A DNA stretch of 64,000 nucleotides from Promethearchaeota archaeon (GCA_030599585.1 JAUVNS010000006.1:160001-224000), one strand, 5' to 3'. Shown: positions 16,881 through 27,656, numbered from the stretch's first letter. Notes: generated from the sequence alone by a model not told the origin. Program-made: numbers and translations.

Positions 16881-18500
16881 TTAACTTTGCATTTTGTAGG
16901 CAGTTTTGCCCCTAATAATGGTTTCCACAACTTGAATATTTCTAATTTCATCATTTGGAACTTCCAGGGGATTCCTATTTAATATTACAAAATCAGCGAG
17001 TTTTCCTATTTCTATACTTCCCTTAATATTTTCTTCAAAAGCACCATAAGCGGCATTGATAGTATATGTTTTTAAAGCTTCCTCAATACTTATGCGTTGT
17101 TCAGGAATAAAATCGTTTCTATGAACTAGAGCATGCAATCCCATTATAACGCTAGGGTCTTCAACGGGACAATCAGAACCTGAGATTAAAGTAACTCCAG
17201 CATCTAATATTGATTTCATGGGATAAGTATCCTTAAGTCGTTCCTTTCCTAAACGTTTCTCTAACCAATTAAATTCTGAATTGATGAAGGGAGGCTGACA
17301 TGAGGCAATAATCTTGTATTTTGCCATATCTTTCAATACATCTTGAGTTAAAATTGAAGCGTGTTCTATCCGATGTCTATGATCCTCTCGAGGTGATTCA
17401 TCCAACAATCGTTTATAGAGATCTACTGCTATCCGATTTCCTTTATCACCGATCGCGTGAATACAAATTTGAAATTCATTATCATGAGCAACTTTCATCT
17501 TCTGGTACAAGTCTTCAGTATCAACGACACAGAAACCACATTTTTCAGGTGCATCCGTAAAAGGTTCATACATGCAAGCTGTCTTGGCCCCGAACGTACC
17601 GTCAAGGAAAAACTTTGCACAACCTAATTTAAACTGACTGTCTGGCTTACCACCATCAAGAGGAGGTTTTTTAAGTCTTAATAACTTCTTAGGTCTTTCT
17701 GTATTCACCATGAGATACCAGTTATGTAAGATATCTGACTGGATTGATTTTAATAACGGTATCTCGACAACTCCAAAATCTCCAAATTCTCCTCCAGCAT
17801 CGGAATGTAAAATCCCGTGGAGAGAGGTTAATCCTTGAGATGCTAGATAATTAAAGGCTTTAGTTGTTGCGTTTTTTAATTCTACTCCTTTAGGAAACGA
17901 AACTTTATTTAGTATAGGTGAGACCGCTGTTTCAGTCAAAATTCCTGTTAATTCTCCTTTCTCGTTTTTCCTAATTTCTCCCCCTTCAGGAACGGGAGTG
18001 TTTTCGTCTATTCCCGCAATATCCAAGGCTTTCGTATTAGCAATTCCAATATGCCCGTCATATCTCAGCACAAAGATAGGGTGTTCAGGACACGCATCAT
18101 CGAGATCCCATCGAGTAGGCAAAACAGGATCATCAAATTTCTCTTCGGATAAATTCAAAGCTATTGTTAATTGATCTTTTGATTTACTCTCAACTGCTTC
18201 CTTTAAAACTTCTTTCAACTCACTAAGACTTGTTACTTCAGACACATTTGGACTCACTTGGTAGAAAACGAATAATATGGGATGTAAATGACAATCGATA
18301 AACCCGGGCAACAAGCTATTCCCTTCTAAATCTACAGAAATATAACCTTGTCCTAACATTTCTTTTACTGTATTCAATTTTCCAGTAGATATGATCTTTT
18401 CATTTAATATACCTATGGCTTCTATGCGTGGTTCTTTTTCATTCATCGTTATGATGGGACCGTTGAAAAACAGTGTATAGACCTTTGGTTCAGGCGGCAT
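16881..18500 (-). CDS. Amidohydrolase family 3 (YtcJ-like) metal-dependent hydrolase
   Basis: Motifs PGFIDCHLH, KFFLDG, HAIGD, RHRIEH, GSDCP and GSIEIGKLADFVIL. Confidence 0.93.
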   Translation of the reverse strand: MPPEPKVYTLFFNGPIITMNEKEPRIEAIGILNEKIISTGKLNTVKEMLGQGYISVDLEGNSLLPGFIDCHLHPILFVFYQVSPNVSEVTSLSELKEVLKEAVESKSKDQLTIALNLSEEKFDDPVLPTRWDLDDACPEHPIFVLRYDGHIGIANTKALDIAGIDENTPVPEGGEIRKNEKGELTGILTETAVSPILNKVSFPKGVELKNATTKAFNYLASQGLTSLHGILHSDAGGEFGDFGVVEIPLLKSIQSDILHNWYLMVNTERPKKLLRLKKPPLDGGKPDSQFKLGCAKFFLDGTFGAKTACMYEPFTDAPEKCGFCVVDTEDLYQKMKVAHDNEFQICIHAIGDKGNRIAVDLYKRLLDESPREDHRHRIEHASILTQDVLKDMAKYKIIASCQPPFINSEFNWLEKRLGKERLKDTYPMKSILDAGVTLISGSDCPVEDPSVIMGLHALVHRNDFIPEQRISIEEALKTYTINAAYGAFEENIKGSIEIGKLADFVILNRNPLEVPNDEIRNIQVVETIIRGKTAYKMQS

Positions 18501-18683
18501 GTTTATTATTCTCTTAACTTAAAGGTGAAAATTACATATTATGAATTTAAAATGATACATAAACCTTGATAAAACCGATTTCACTGAGATTTTAGTATAT
18601 GTGTGAAAAAGTTTAAAATAATTCAATCAATTTTTAGGAATATAAGTAAATAAATTTAGCAAACCTAATAAGGCGAATAGAAT

Positions 18684-21041
18684 ATGGTAAAGAAATCTGA
18701 CTTAAAGAAACTTAATTCCATCATGCAAGAAGGGAATGAATTTAAAAACCTCAGAGAATACAATAATGCTGTCGAAAAGTATTTGGAAGCTCTAAGATTT
18801 GTTGAAGAGAGAGTTAAAGAACCAGAGGAGCGCGTAGATGAAACAAGAAACATTAAATCCCAAATTGACCAAGTATATTCTGTAAAAATCATTGATATCA
18901 TTGACGAGGCAAGGAATTTCATAGAAAAGGAAGATTTTGATTCCGCCTTCAACACTTTCGACGAAGCGGCGAGAATTGCAGACAAAATAGTAGACAAAGA
19001 TATGAACGATTATGAAGTGAAAGAGATTAGTTATCTAATAAATAAAACAAAAATCGAAGAATCTCTCTTTCAAGCCGTCTTAGTGAAGAATAAGCAGGAG
19101 TTAGATAAAGCCATAAGCATGTTAAACGACACATTAGACGCTGCGAAAGATTTTTACATGGAAGATCTAGAAGATCAAATGATTAAAAAAATTGAAGATA
19201 CTATTAATCAAACTTACTCGTCAAAGGCTTCTACTGTAATGGAAAGAGCTAACCATTTTAAAAGTGATGGTAAAATTGATGACGCCCTTGAAGAATACCA
19301 GCTCGCTTTGGAATTAGTAGATAATTATTTTGATTCAGACTTAAAAAACACAGATAAACAGAATTTAATAAATTTGATTAATCAATTATACTCAGAAAAA
19401 ATAAATACAAGCATGGAAGCTGGTAAAAAACTATTTGAAGAAAGCACTTTTGAGGACGCTGCTGAAAAATTCGAAGAAGCTATAAGTATCTCTAAAAAAA
19501 TGTACGATACGGATTACAAGAAATCAGAAATACAGAGAGTCAATTCAATGGCATCAGTAGTGCTAAATCCTATCTATTTGGATAAAATTTATCCTCTCTT
19601 TAAAAAAGGTAAAGAACTAATAAGAAAGGATAACTTTGAAGAAGATATAGTTGTAGTGAATGAGGCATTAGACCTATTTGACAAGTCCTTAGAGTTGACA
19701 GAAAAAATGGCTGATTCAAACGAAAAGATCGAAGTTTTAAGTGAATTAACTGATTATATTAAAAAAACATGCAAAATTCGAATTAAATTTATTAAAGAAA
19801 AATCCATTCAAAAAATTGGGCAACGAGACTACGAAAAGGCTATTAATGATCTATATGCGGCAATTAGTGTAGCAAAAAGATTACCAATCTCTGGCGAAAC
19901 TAACGAAGATTTAGAAGATTTAAAAAATACAGTCAACAAAGTGTATTTAGCTCAAATAGAGGAAGTCGTTAGAGAGGGAAATGTTAAATTGAGGAACAAA
20001 AATTACGACGAAGCTATTAAAACCTTTAATAAAGCATTAGAAATGACTAATAAAATGTACCTCACTCAAGAAATGGAAGAAGAAATTAATAGAATAAAAG
20101 GTTTGGTATATCAAGCAGAATTAAAAGACTTAGTAGATCGTGGGGATTTATCTGAAGAACTCCAGAAATTTGAAAAGGAGTTAGATAAACTAAATAAAAA
20201 AATGGATTACGCACAAACAATAGATGACCCTACGCGTAGATTTCAAGAGATGGAGCAGATCAAGAAAACTATTGACGAGGTATTTTATTCCAAAATTAAA
20301 CTATTGGTCGAACAGGGCGTCCAACTAGCAGAAAGTGAAAATTTTAGTGAATCCTTTAAAAACTTTGAAAGCGCAATTAACATTAACGACTCAATAAAAA
20401 GTCCAGAATTTAAAAATCGTATCGCTATAAAATACGAATATAGATTGAAGTTGATAGATAAAGCAAAATTAGAAATTGAAAGGAAAATTTATGATACAGC
20501 AATTCTAGACTGTAATAAAGCTATAGAATTAGACAGTACACATATCGACGCATATTTTTATATCGGGATCGCAAATAACGAGAAAAAAGAATATAACAAA
20601 GCGATTGAGTACTTCAAAAAAGTGATCGATCTCAATCCGAACCACGCAAAGGCTTGGAACCACATGGGTTTTAGTTATGAAAAATTAGATCAATTTGATC
20701 AGGCAATAGATTCTTATAAAATAGCAGTTGGGTTTGATTCCACTTATACTTTAGCCCATTATAATTTGGCAAACGCGTATAAACACGAGAAACAATATGA
20801 AATAGCAATTGAATCCTATAAAATAGCAACAGAAATAGATCCGAACTATGCGCTAGCTTGGCTTTTTATGGGTTATACCTATTTAGATAAGAACGATTAC
20901 CATTCAGCACTTCAAAATCTCGAGAAAGCAATTGAAATTAACCCGAATCTTGGAAAAGAGATTAAATCCTCTATTGATACCATTAAGGATTCGGTAGGAA
21001 AGCTTCAAAAAGGTTTGTTAGAGAAGTTCAATAATAAATAA
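18684..21041 (+). CDS. Large TPR-repeat protein
   Basis: Canonical C-terminal TPRs (AWNHMGFSY, AHYNLANAY, AWLFMGYTY...AIEINP), with degenerate TPR-like helical repeats N-terminally. Confidence 0.9.
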   Translation: MVKKSDLKKLNSIMQEGNEFKNLREYNNAVEKYLEALRFVEERVKEPEERVDETRNIKSQIDQVYSVKIIDIIDEARNFIEKEDFDSAFNTFDEAARIADKIVDKDMNDYEVKEISYLINKTKIEESLFQAVLVKNKQELDKAISMLNDTLDAAKDFYMEDLEDQMIKKIEDTINQTYSSKASTVMERANHFKSDGKIDDALEEYQLALELVDNYFDSDLKNTDKQNLINLINQLYSEKINTSMEAGKKLFEESTFEDAAEKFEEAISISKKMYDTDYKKSEIQRVNSMASVVLNPIYLDKIYPLFKKGKELIRKDNFEEDIVVVNEALDLFDKSLELTEKMADSNEKIEVLSELTDYIKKTCKIRIKFIKEKSIQKIGQRDYEKAINDLYAAISVAKRLPISGETNEDLEDLKNTVNKVYLAQIEEVVREGNVKLRNKNYDEAIKTFNKALEMTNKMYLTQEMEEEINRIKGLVYQAELKDLVDRGDLSEELQKFEKELDKLNKKMDYAQTIDDPTRRFQEMEQIKKTIDEVFYSKIKLLVEQGVQLAESENFSESFKNFESAININDSIKSPEFKNRIAIKYEYRLKLIDKAKLEIERKIYDTAILDCNKAIELDSTHIDAYFYIGIANNEKKEYNKAIEYFKKVIDLNPNHAKAWNHMGFSYEKLDQFDQAIDSYKIAVGFDSTYTLAHYNLANAYKHEKQYEIAIESYKIATEIDPNYALAWLFMGYTYLDKNDYHSALQNLEKAIEINPNLGKEIKSSIDTIKDSVGKLQKGLLEKFNNK

Positions 21042-21160
21042 CTTTTTTCCATATATTATTTATTCTCATTTTGTGAAAAAAGCTATAATAAACACTAATT
21101 TAACGATTAAGTAGTTTATTAAATAAAAAGATTAGAAAAGAAAAAAAACTAAAAACAGAT

Positions 21161-22057
21161 TTATAACAGATTTGAAGCGTATTGATCTACCAAATACTCG
21201 ATTTTGCTAGAATCTAATTGATCTTTCTCGAGCTCAGGGCACATGTGCTCTAAATGGAGCAATAAATCATTTAATCCTGATTCTACTTCCGGGATATCTA
21301 TGTTATCGCTTTCGTTAACAACTATTGAGCCCATAAGATGTTTCGATCGTTTGAAGATGATAAGATGTCCACCCATTTTAAGTTGATCAAGTTCTGAATT
21401 AAAAGATTCCCTCACAAAATTATGGATGGCGGTAAACAACCCCCCTTGTAATATATCTTCATTTGAGGATGATGTTAAAGGAATTCCTCCCTGATCAAAA
21501 ACGGTAATCGCTCTAAGGTTTGTCTTTTGGGTAAGATGCTTACCAGTTAATTTATAATAGATCTTCATAAATGCTTTTACAATTCCATAGCCTGTTTTAC
21601 ATGAAATCGGTAATACTTCAAAAGAGGGTAAATCTTTCAAATTCAAAGCTTCGATAATTTCACTAATTGAAGCAACAGGCTGAAGATCGTATTTATTTGC
21701 TAGTATTATCAGAGGTTTCTTCTTAAAAATAGAAGATAACTTCCATAGCTCGTCTCTAGCTTCGTTGAATCTTTCTCGAGCGTATGCGTCGATCATAAAT
21801 ATTACACACTCAGCAGTCGAGGCTTCACCAATCCATAAATTTCTGAAGTCTTTTTGACCACCCATATCCATAACATTAATACGAATTCCTTGTACTTCAA
21901 TTTGGGATAATTCTTTACCCATTGTGGGTGCATGTTCCATAAATGTACCATTCTGTAGAAAGGAAATCATGGTGGTTTTGCCAGCACTGTCAAGTCCGGT
22001 TATAACAATCTTCTTTTCTTTGGTAAATACTCGTTTTAAAATATCTTTAACTCCCAT
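21161..22057 (-). CDS. Arf-like small GTPase fused to a longin-like domain (cassette copy 2)
   Basis: MGVKDILKRVF, GLDSAGKTT, DMGGQKDFRNLW, NKYD, SCKTG. C-terminal VFDQGGIPL...GGLFTAIHNFVRESF. Close paralog of 8216-9115. Confidence 0.88.
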   Translation of the reverse strand: MGVKDILKRVFTKEKKIVITGLDSAGKTTMISFLQNGTFMEHAPTMGKELSQIEVQGIRINVMDMGGQKDFRNLWIGEASTAECVIFMIDAYARERFNEARDELWKLSSIFKKKPLIILANKYDLQPVASISEIIEALNLKDLPSFEVLPISCKTGYGIVKAFMKIYYKLTGKHLTQKTNLRAITVFDQGGIPLTSSSNEDILQGGLFTAIHNFVRESFNSELDQLKMGGHLIIFKRSKHLMGSIVVNESDNIDIPEVESGLNDLLLHLEHMCPELEKDQLDSSKIEYLVDQYASNLL

Positions 22058-22327
22058 TTTACTCAGTCTTAGGTTATTTTACATATATATATAATAATAA
22101 AATTTATATCTTGAAACTATAATAAAACTTTTTAGTTAAAAACGAAAGGATTTATGCTTTTGTTTGTTATGTTGCTACAGAATTATTTTTTTATAGAATT
22201 CATTTTCAGATTTTTCAGTAGAACAAAAAGAATTTACTATAAAAGTGCAAAGTTAAAACTAGATTAAATTATTGTTGATTTCCCTGATTAGATTAAAATT
22301 AAAAGAAAAAAAGAAAAAAAATCGTTA

Positions 22328-22978
22328 TTATTCCTTTACTACCAATTTTGCAATCCAGGTTCCCATTATCTTCTGTTCTTCTTCGACATTGACAAATACA
22401 TATTTCTCATAAAAACCTTTTGTTCCTAATAAGAGTGCCAACATAGCAACTATTCTAAAACTAATAAAAACAATTTCAGCCTGAAATAGCTGCCCAAGTC
22501 CCCATATAAAAAAGAACAATCCCATACCAATAGCTAACCCATTACGACTTTTTCTTCCGTCTTTTATGAGAAAGTAGGAAGAACCATAACTTACAATCAT
22601 CGCATAAATTATAAAAGGCATTGGCGAGTCAACTAAAACTCTTCCGATTGCCAGGTAAAAACTGCAAAATAAGGGAAGAGTGTATAGTTTAGGTAAATTT
22701 TTTAAATAGAACATGAACTCCAATTGAATCGTAAATAATATGAACCCGAGAATCATTCCAATTGTGATTCCTCCAGCTACTTTGATATCTATATCCAAGT
22801 CAAACGAGTATATTGCAATATCGATAGTGGATCTAAACAATACGGCTACAACATAAATTAATGCCGCCAATAACATTCGGTTTTTATTCATCTTCCAGTG
22901 TTTTAATGTCGTAAGGATAGCAATCAATCCCATAGTAAAGTAAACGAGTTCCATAATCAATAAGCCAATTTCCGCCAT
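22328..22978 (-). CDS. 7-TM membrane protein B (cassette copy 2)
   Basis: Seven hydrophobic segments. Shares IQL.F.FYLK.L.KLY.LPL..SFY and GRK.RNGLA with 9266-9916. Confidence 0.8.
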   Translation of the reverse strand: MAEIGLLIMELVYFTMGLIAILTTLKHWKMNKNRMLLAALIYVVAVLFRSTIDIAIYSFDLDIDIKVAGGITIGMILGFILFTIQLEFMFYLKNLPKLYTLPLFCSFYLAIGRVLVDSPMPFIIYAMIVSYGSSYFLIKDGRKSRNGLAIGMGLFFFIWGLGQLFQAEIVFISFRIVAMLALLLGTKGFYEKYVFVNVEEEQKIMGTWIAKLVVKE

Positions 22979-22979
22979 T

Positions 22980-23621
22980 TTAAGTTTCTACCTCCTGTTT
23001 AAATATTCTAAACAATCCCAATGAGAAGATAACAATAAAAACAACATAACTTATAATGATTATTCTTGATAGCAATGCTTCGTGTATGAACTGAGTGCTA
23101 AATGCTAGGGTGAAAAAGACTGCTATACCAAGAGCGCCATTGTCCTTCATGCGGATCGCCGTAAAGTATAAAAAGATAATACTTGCTGCTCCTGCAATTT
23201 GTGTGTAATCCTCAAGCCAAGCGTAAAATCCGGTAAATATATAGAGGAAGAACATCCCTGCGAAAAAGAAAATAGCTGAGAAGTGTAAAACTTCCCATCT
23301 ATTAATATAAAATATCAAAGTAAGGCCCAGTGTCACCATGATGGCTACGGAGGTATTATAAATACCAAATTCAGCGCTAAATATTTCATCCATAAAGGGT
23401 GTAGTGAACGGTGTATTGCTCACAAGAAACTCGGTGATAGCTAGTATCGAGAAGTTAAGAAAAGTACTAAAAATAATTAATCGTATAATATTGTATTTTC
23501 CCGCTTCTTTCTTGTCTTTTTGAAGCTTCCAGCCTAAAATTAACGTCGCCATAGGTATGAATATTGCGCTCGAAAGATTAGCCACAATTCCAAGACTAGA
23601 TATAATTAAATCTTCTGCCAT
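22980..23621 (-). CDS. 7-TM membrane protein A (cassette copy 2)
   Basis: Seven hydrophobic segments. Shares YINRWE, FAGMF and KDN..LG.AVF with 9909-10562. 1-nt spacing to both neighbours. Confidence 0.8.
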   Translation of the reverse strand: MAEDLIISSLGIVANLSSAIFIPMATLILGWKLQKDKKEAGKYNIIRLIIFSTFLNFSILAITEFLVSNTPFTTPFMDEIFSAEFGIYNTSVAIMVTLGLTLIFYINRWEVLHFSAIFFFAGMFFLYIFTGFYAWLEDYTQIAGAASIIFLYFTAIRMKDNGALGIAVFFTLAFSTQFIHEALLSRIIIISYVVFIVIFSLGLFRIFKQEVET

Positions 23622-23622
23622 T

Positions 23623-24123
23623 TTACAAAAAACTTCCTTTTAGTTTTATTTCTGGTTTAAGTATTTTAGATTTAATTTCTTTAAAAATAGTAGAAAGATC
23701 AATTAAGATGTCATTTATAGTAATATTTTTTTCTTGGTTAATTCCTTCAAAGATGATTCTTTGATTCTTAGTTAATATATGCTCGTTTAAAAGCCCATTC
23801 TGTTCTAAAGTATCTATTAAACTTTGAAGCACAGGCTTATAAATTTCTACTTTGTCTTTTTTATGAAGGAGTACCGATAATGAGAAGAGATCATCTCTAG
23901 CAGCACTTTGATTTACCCTGAAAATATACGATAAAACACTGTATTTGCGGTATTTATCGATAGTGAAATCTCCTGTTTTGGAGCCTACTGGAAAACATTT
24001 TGATAGGATTTCTGACTCTACTGACTTTCCTAACGATGGATAGGAGCTAATAATCTCCGGATTAGAATTCACATATCCTCCGAGTTTACAAATTACACTA
24101 TAATCTGAAGCCATTATAATCAC
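23623..24123 (-). CDS. Longin/uDENN-like domain protein (cassette copy 2)
   Basis: CKLGGY...PEIISSYP...ILSKCFPVG; C-terminal KGSFL (RGSFF in copy 1). Confidence 0.6.
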   Translation of the reverse strand: MIIMASDYSVICKLGGYVNSNPEIISSYPSLGKSVESEILSKCFPVGSKTGDFTIDKYRKYSVLSYIFRVNQSAARDDLFSLSVLLHKKDKVEIYKPVLQSLIDTLEQNGLLNEHILTKNQRIIFEGINQEKNITINDILIDLSTIFKEIKSKILKPEIKLKGSFL

Positions 24124-24289
24124 ATGTCTTTTATTTTAAAGAAAATAAAAATAAATTATAATAACTACGTAAAAGTGTGGTAATAAAAATGGGAAGTTTT
24201 TCGGAATTTTATGTTCTGTTAGCACAAATGAACTTTTTTACACACAAATTGATTTTACTTTGATGTGAAATTATGTCTTTTAAAGTTTA

Positions 24290-25555
24290 CTAAAAACTCA
24301 TTGCTTTTAGAAACTTTGGCCATAGTGTTATTTTTGAAAGAACCGGTATTGTAGCGAATAGTTTTTCTCCTACAAATCTGTCGTTATCGGTGTTATGTTT
24401 TGATAAATCTTGGTTAATATGTGCTTCGTATACATATTTACGAACCGTCTTATTAGTGTTTAATAGGTTAGCATAAGAATTCCAAAGCGTTTTGCTAGAA
24501 GAACTCTCATTATAAAAGAGATATTCACAGGCATTACCATTTCTAAAATATGTGAATAAGATTCGAGCAACCTCGTCGTCGTATTTCTTTAATTCAGCCC
24601 TTGAAAAATTCGAATTATTTTCGAGTAAAGATTCTAACATGGTCGATGCTATATCAGCGCTAGCCAATCCACATAAGATTCCTTCGTAAAAAAATGCTGT
24701 AACTAATCCTGCTGCTTCGCCTAACACGATAACGCGATCTTTTGAAAAGGAGTTTATTGGATGTTTCGAAATACCTCCACTTACAAATGGATTAGATTCG
24801 TCCCATTTGATTCCTTTCATCAATGGTTGAATTATTTTATAATTCTTAAGGATTCTAATTAACTTACTTTTGAGCTCTGCTGGAGTTTCTCTATTCCCTA
24901 AATATCCAGTTGCAATTCTTCCTTTTCCGACATTAAAGAAAAAGGGACCGTTCTGACTAATGTTAGGGTTTAGATGGAACATGTATTGAAAATTAAAATT
25001 CTGATCTAATAGAGTTTCATCAGCATAAATATTAGTATAAATTCCCATAAAGGATTCAGGGACTCCAAATCCTAACGATTTTTGCAGAGGAAAGCCTCGA
25101 GAACCTGTGGCTAAAACAAGAAGTTTAGTAGAATAAGATTCTCCTTTTCTATTAATGAGTTCAATATAGTCCGTATGCCTTACAATTTTGGTTATATTCT
25201 CGTTAAATTGAGTAGTACCACCTTGGTCTCTAAATTTATCGATAAGCTTTTTAATTAATACTTCAGTATGAGATATTTTTCCGAGTGGTGCTCCAAATTC
25301 TTTAGAGTTTAACAATCCATCATATTTTTCGCTTTTGTAATTTAACTGAACAAATGGTCGCGGAAATATCGAATCGTCGTTCCAGAACATAGCGTCGACA
25401 AACGGTTTGTTATGTTCAGCAAATATGTTTGTTCTTACGGGTATTTCTCGATCGTAATCTTGTGCTTCTACAAGCAATGTTTTCGCGTATTTTGAAGCTT
25501 TGTAAGCAAAGGACACTCCGGAAATTCCAGCACCAATAACAATAAAATCATACAT
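24290..25555 (-). CDS. FAD-dependent oxidoreductase, geranylgeranyl-reductase-like family
   Basis: YDFIVIGAGISG Rossmann motif, LATG, and VLGEAAGLVTAFFYEGI (a variant of GDAAG...EGI). Confidence 0.8.
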   Translation of the reverse strand: MYDFIVIGAGISGVSFAYKASKYAKTLLVEAQDYDREIPVRTNIFAEHNKPFVDAMFWNDDSIFPRPFVQLNYKSEKYDGLLNSKEFGAPLGKISHTEVLIKKLIDKFRDQGGTTQFNENITKIVRHTDYIELINRKGESYSTKLLVLATGSRGFPLQKSLGFGVPESFMGIYTNIYADETLLDQNFNFQYMFHLNPNISQNGPFFFNVGKGRIATGYLGNRETPAELKSKLIRILKNYKIIQPLMKGIKWDESNPFVSGGISKHPINSFSKDRVIVLGEAAGLVTAFFYEGILCGLASADIASTMLESLLENNSNFSRAELKKYDDEVARILFTYFRNGNACEYLFYNESSSSKTLWNSYANLLNTNKTVRKYVYEAHINQDLSKHNTDNDRFVGEKLFATIPVLSKITLWPKFLKAMSF

Positions 25556-25645
25556 AAACTCCCAAAATCATTAACCATAAAAAAAGATTATTTTATTTTT
25601 CCGATTCTTAGAAGTCTGGTTAGTTATTAGAATTAATAAAAAAAA

Positions 25646-26398
25646 TCAAATGAGATTTTGAATTGTTTTTGTTATTTTTTCCAAATTTACTTCTGCCATC
25701 CCGAGAGGGACCGAAGACTCATATAACACGACTATCAATAATGGTTCTAATTTCCAAGGAATATCAATTATTCTCGAAAATACTTTTTGATTATTCTCCA
25801 AACTATAAAATGTTAAAGAGTATTCAGTGTTTGCAATGTGTCTGATTTCTAATTCTTTTAGAGAGGACAATAGGATATCTTGTGGTAAGGATGTAAAAAT
25901 TATCTTTCCATTTATAGAAAATAACGCTGCGGCTAATATCTCGTTTTCAAGGGTTAATCTTTTAATGAGATCAACTATCTTTTTATATAGAGGTTGACTT
26001 GAAGATAACTCATCGTCCCCTTTTATAATTGAAACAATTTTAGCATCAAATTCGCTATTATGGATTTCTTCGTAATCTTCAACAACATTATCCTCAAGGA
26101 ATTCTTTAAATACCTCTACAATGCTCGCCAATCTAGAGTTGATATACAAAATATTAGCGCTTGTATCGGCTAAAATCGCGTAAATATGCTCACCTTCAAC
26201 CTTAAATACAATTCTAAAACCGCCCATTTCGAGGACTTCGGGCGTTTCTTTAGAAATAACGCTTTCAGAAAACGAAAAAATAGCCGAGAAAAAGGGAGTT
26301 ATCAAATTTGGTTCGATATTCTCAAAATGTTCTGTAATATTTCTGCTGTAAAGACAAGCTCCGGCTTTCGTCAAAATAAAAAGTGAGTGTAACTTCAT
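25646..26398 (-). CDS. Longin domain + roadblock/profilin-like domain protein
   Basis: Likely start ATG 26398. Longin pattern LFILTKAGACLY...LITPFFSAIFSFSES, then a roadblock-like second domain ILAAALFSINGKII...VPLGMA. Confidence 0.72.
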   Translation of the reverse strand: MKLHSLFILTKAGACLYSRNITEHFENIEPNLITPFFSAIFSFSESVISKETPEVLEMGGFRIVFKVEGEHIYAILADTSANILYINSRLASIVEVFKEFLEDNVVEDYEEIHNSEFDAKIVSIIKGDDELSSSQPLYKKIVDLIKRLTLENEILAAALFSINGKIIFTSLPQDILLSSLKELEIRHIANTEYSLTFYSLENNQKVFSRIIDIPWKLEPLLIVVLYESSVPLGMAEVNLEKITKTIQNLI

Positions 26399-26585
26399 CT
26401 TGAACTCCACTGAAATATAATATAGAAAGATATAGAAATTTATGCTTTTAAGTATTGTTAAATAATGGTAGGAAAACACTAATCTTAATGAAAAATAGTT
26501 ACTTTAAAATTAGAGCTTATCTAGTTTTATTATTATTGAATATACTAATGAGAGATAAATATGAAAAATTTGGAGGATATGATGT

Positions 26586-26975
26586 ATGTTTGATGTTAAG
26601 GTGGAGAAGGCTAAGATAGTGCAACTGCTCCAGGCGAATGTAGATGCAGAAAATAGCGGTGACATCGAGGCGGTCTTAACAATTTATGACCAAGACTGTT
26701 ACACCCTTGCCCCCGGAACGAAGTTGATGAAAGGGCACAGCGACCTCCGAGGACTCTACCAAGTAATTTTAGAATCGTTGGTCCACATGGAGAATGAAGC
26801 TATAGATATAAATTTCTCAGAGAATGGCGATATGGCTTACTTGATCGCGAGTTATCATATGGTGTTGAAGGGAGACGAGGGGGATGTAGACCAAATTGGG
26901 AAGTTTCTTGGGGCTCTAAGTAAGAAGTCTGGCGAGTGGAAAATAGTAGCGATATCGTACAATACGGATGAATAA
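26586..26975 (+). CDS. NTF2-like / SnoaL-like (DUF4440-type) protein
   Basis: SGDIEAVLTIY...APG....GH..LR, GDMAY and GEWKIV. GGAGGA Shine-Dalgarno upstream. Confidence 0.85.
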   Translation: MFDVKVEKAKIVQLLQANVDAENSGDIEAVLTIYDQDCYTLAPGTKLMKGHSDLRGLYQVILESLVHMENEAIDINFSENGDMAYLIASYHMVLKGDEGDVDQIGKFLGALSKKSGEWKIVAISYNTDE

Positions 26976-27190
26976 AGTATTTTTTAAAATCCTTATTTTC
27001 TTCAAAATTCTGGAGTGTTGAATTTTAAGTATTTTTAAATGATGACTGGGTTCTAATTAGCATAAAAAAATCTTCTTCTTTTTCATAATCGTGATCTTTA
27101 AATAGAAGCTTAAATGATCCCATATAAGAAAGTTGTGTGGTTATGTAGAATTACTATCACAACTTAGAAAAAGATTAATATGCTAAGAAA

Positions 27191-27598
27191 ATGACTGAAA
27201 ACGACTTGAATAAAATTAGGCTAAAGAAGGCTGAAATGCTGTTAAAAGCTCAATCCATGCCAACAGATATTGTTAAAATCCATTCTGCAGAAGAATTTGA
27301 AAATCTGAAGAAGGAATATCCCGATAAGATTTTAATCGTAGACTTCTGGGCAGTATGGTGCAGCCCCTGCATGATGTTCGCTCCAGTATTCGAAAAAATA
27401 CAGAAGGAGCACTATCAAGAATTTATTTTTGTGAAAGTAAATGTTGACGAAGTTGGTTCTATTGCCCAAACTTATAGAATAACTGGAATCCCAACAACGC
27501 TGTTTATAAAAAGCGATGAAGTGATACATAAAGTTGTTGGTGCTGTTAACGAGGAATATATTAGGAAAGTTTTAGAGAAGTTAAGATCGTTTACTTAA
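27191..27598 (+). CDS. trxA: Thioredoxin
   Basis: VDFWAVWCSPCM, KVNVDE and GIPT. Confidence 0.9.
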   Translation: MTENDLNKIRLKKAEMLLKAQSMPTDIVKIHSAEEFENLKKEYPDKILIVDFWAVWCSPCMMFAPVFEKIQKEHYQEFIFVKVNVDEVGSIAQTYRITGIPTTLFIKSDEVIHKVVGAVNEEYIRKVLEKLRSFT

Positions 27599-27656
27599 TT
27601 TTTTTTTTTAATTTTGTAAGAAATAGTTATAAACTAATTATTATTGGTGAATATCC

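Noticed and set aside
21161-21200. Arf-longin C-terminus (..VDQYASNLL) resembling G-alpha C-termini (..LRQYELL)
   Set aside because: The match is too short and low in complexity, and it follows a longin domain rather than the G-domain helix 5. Likely coincidence.
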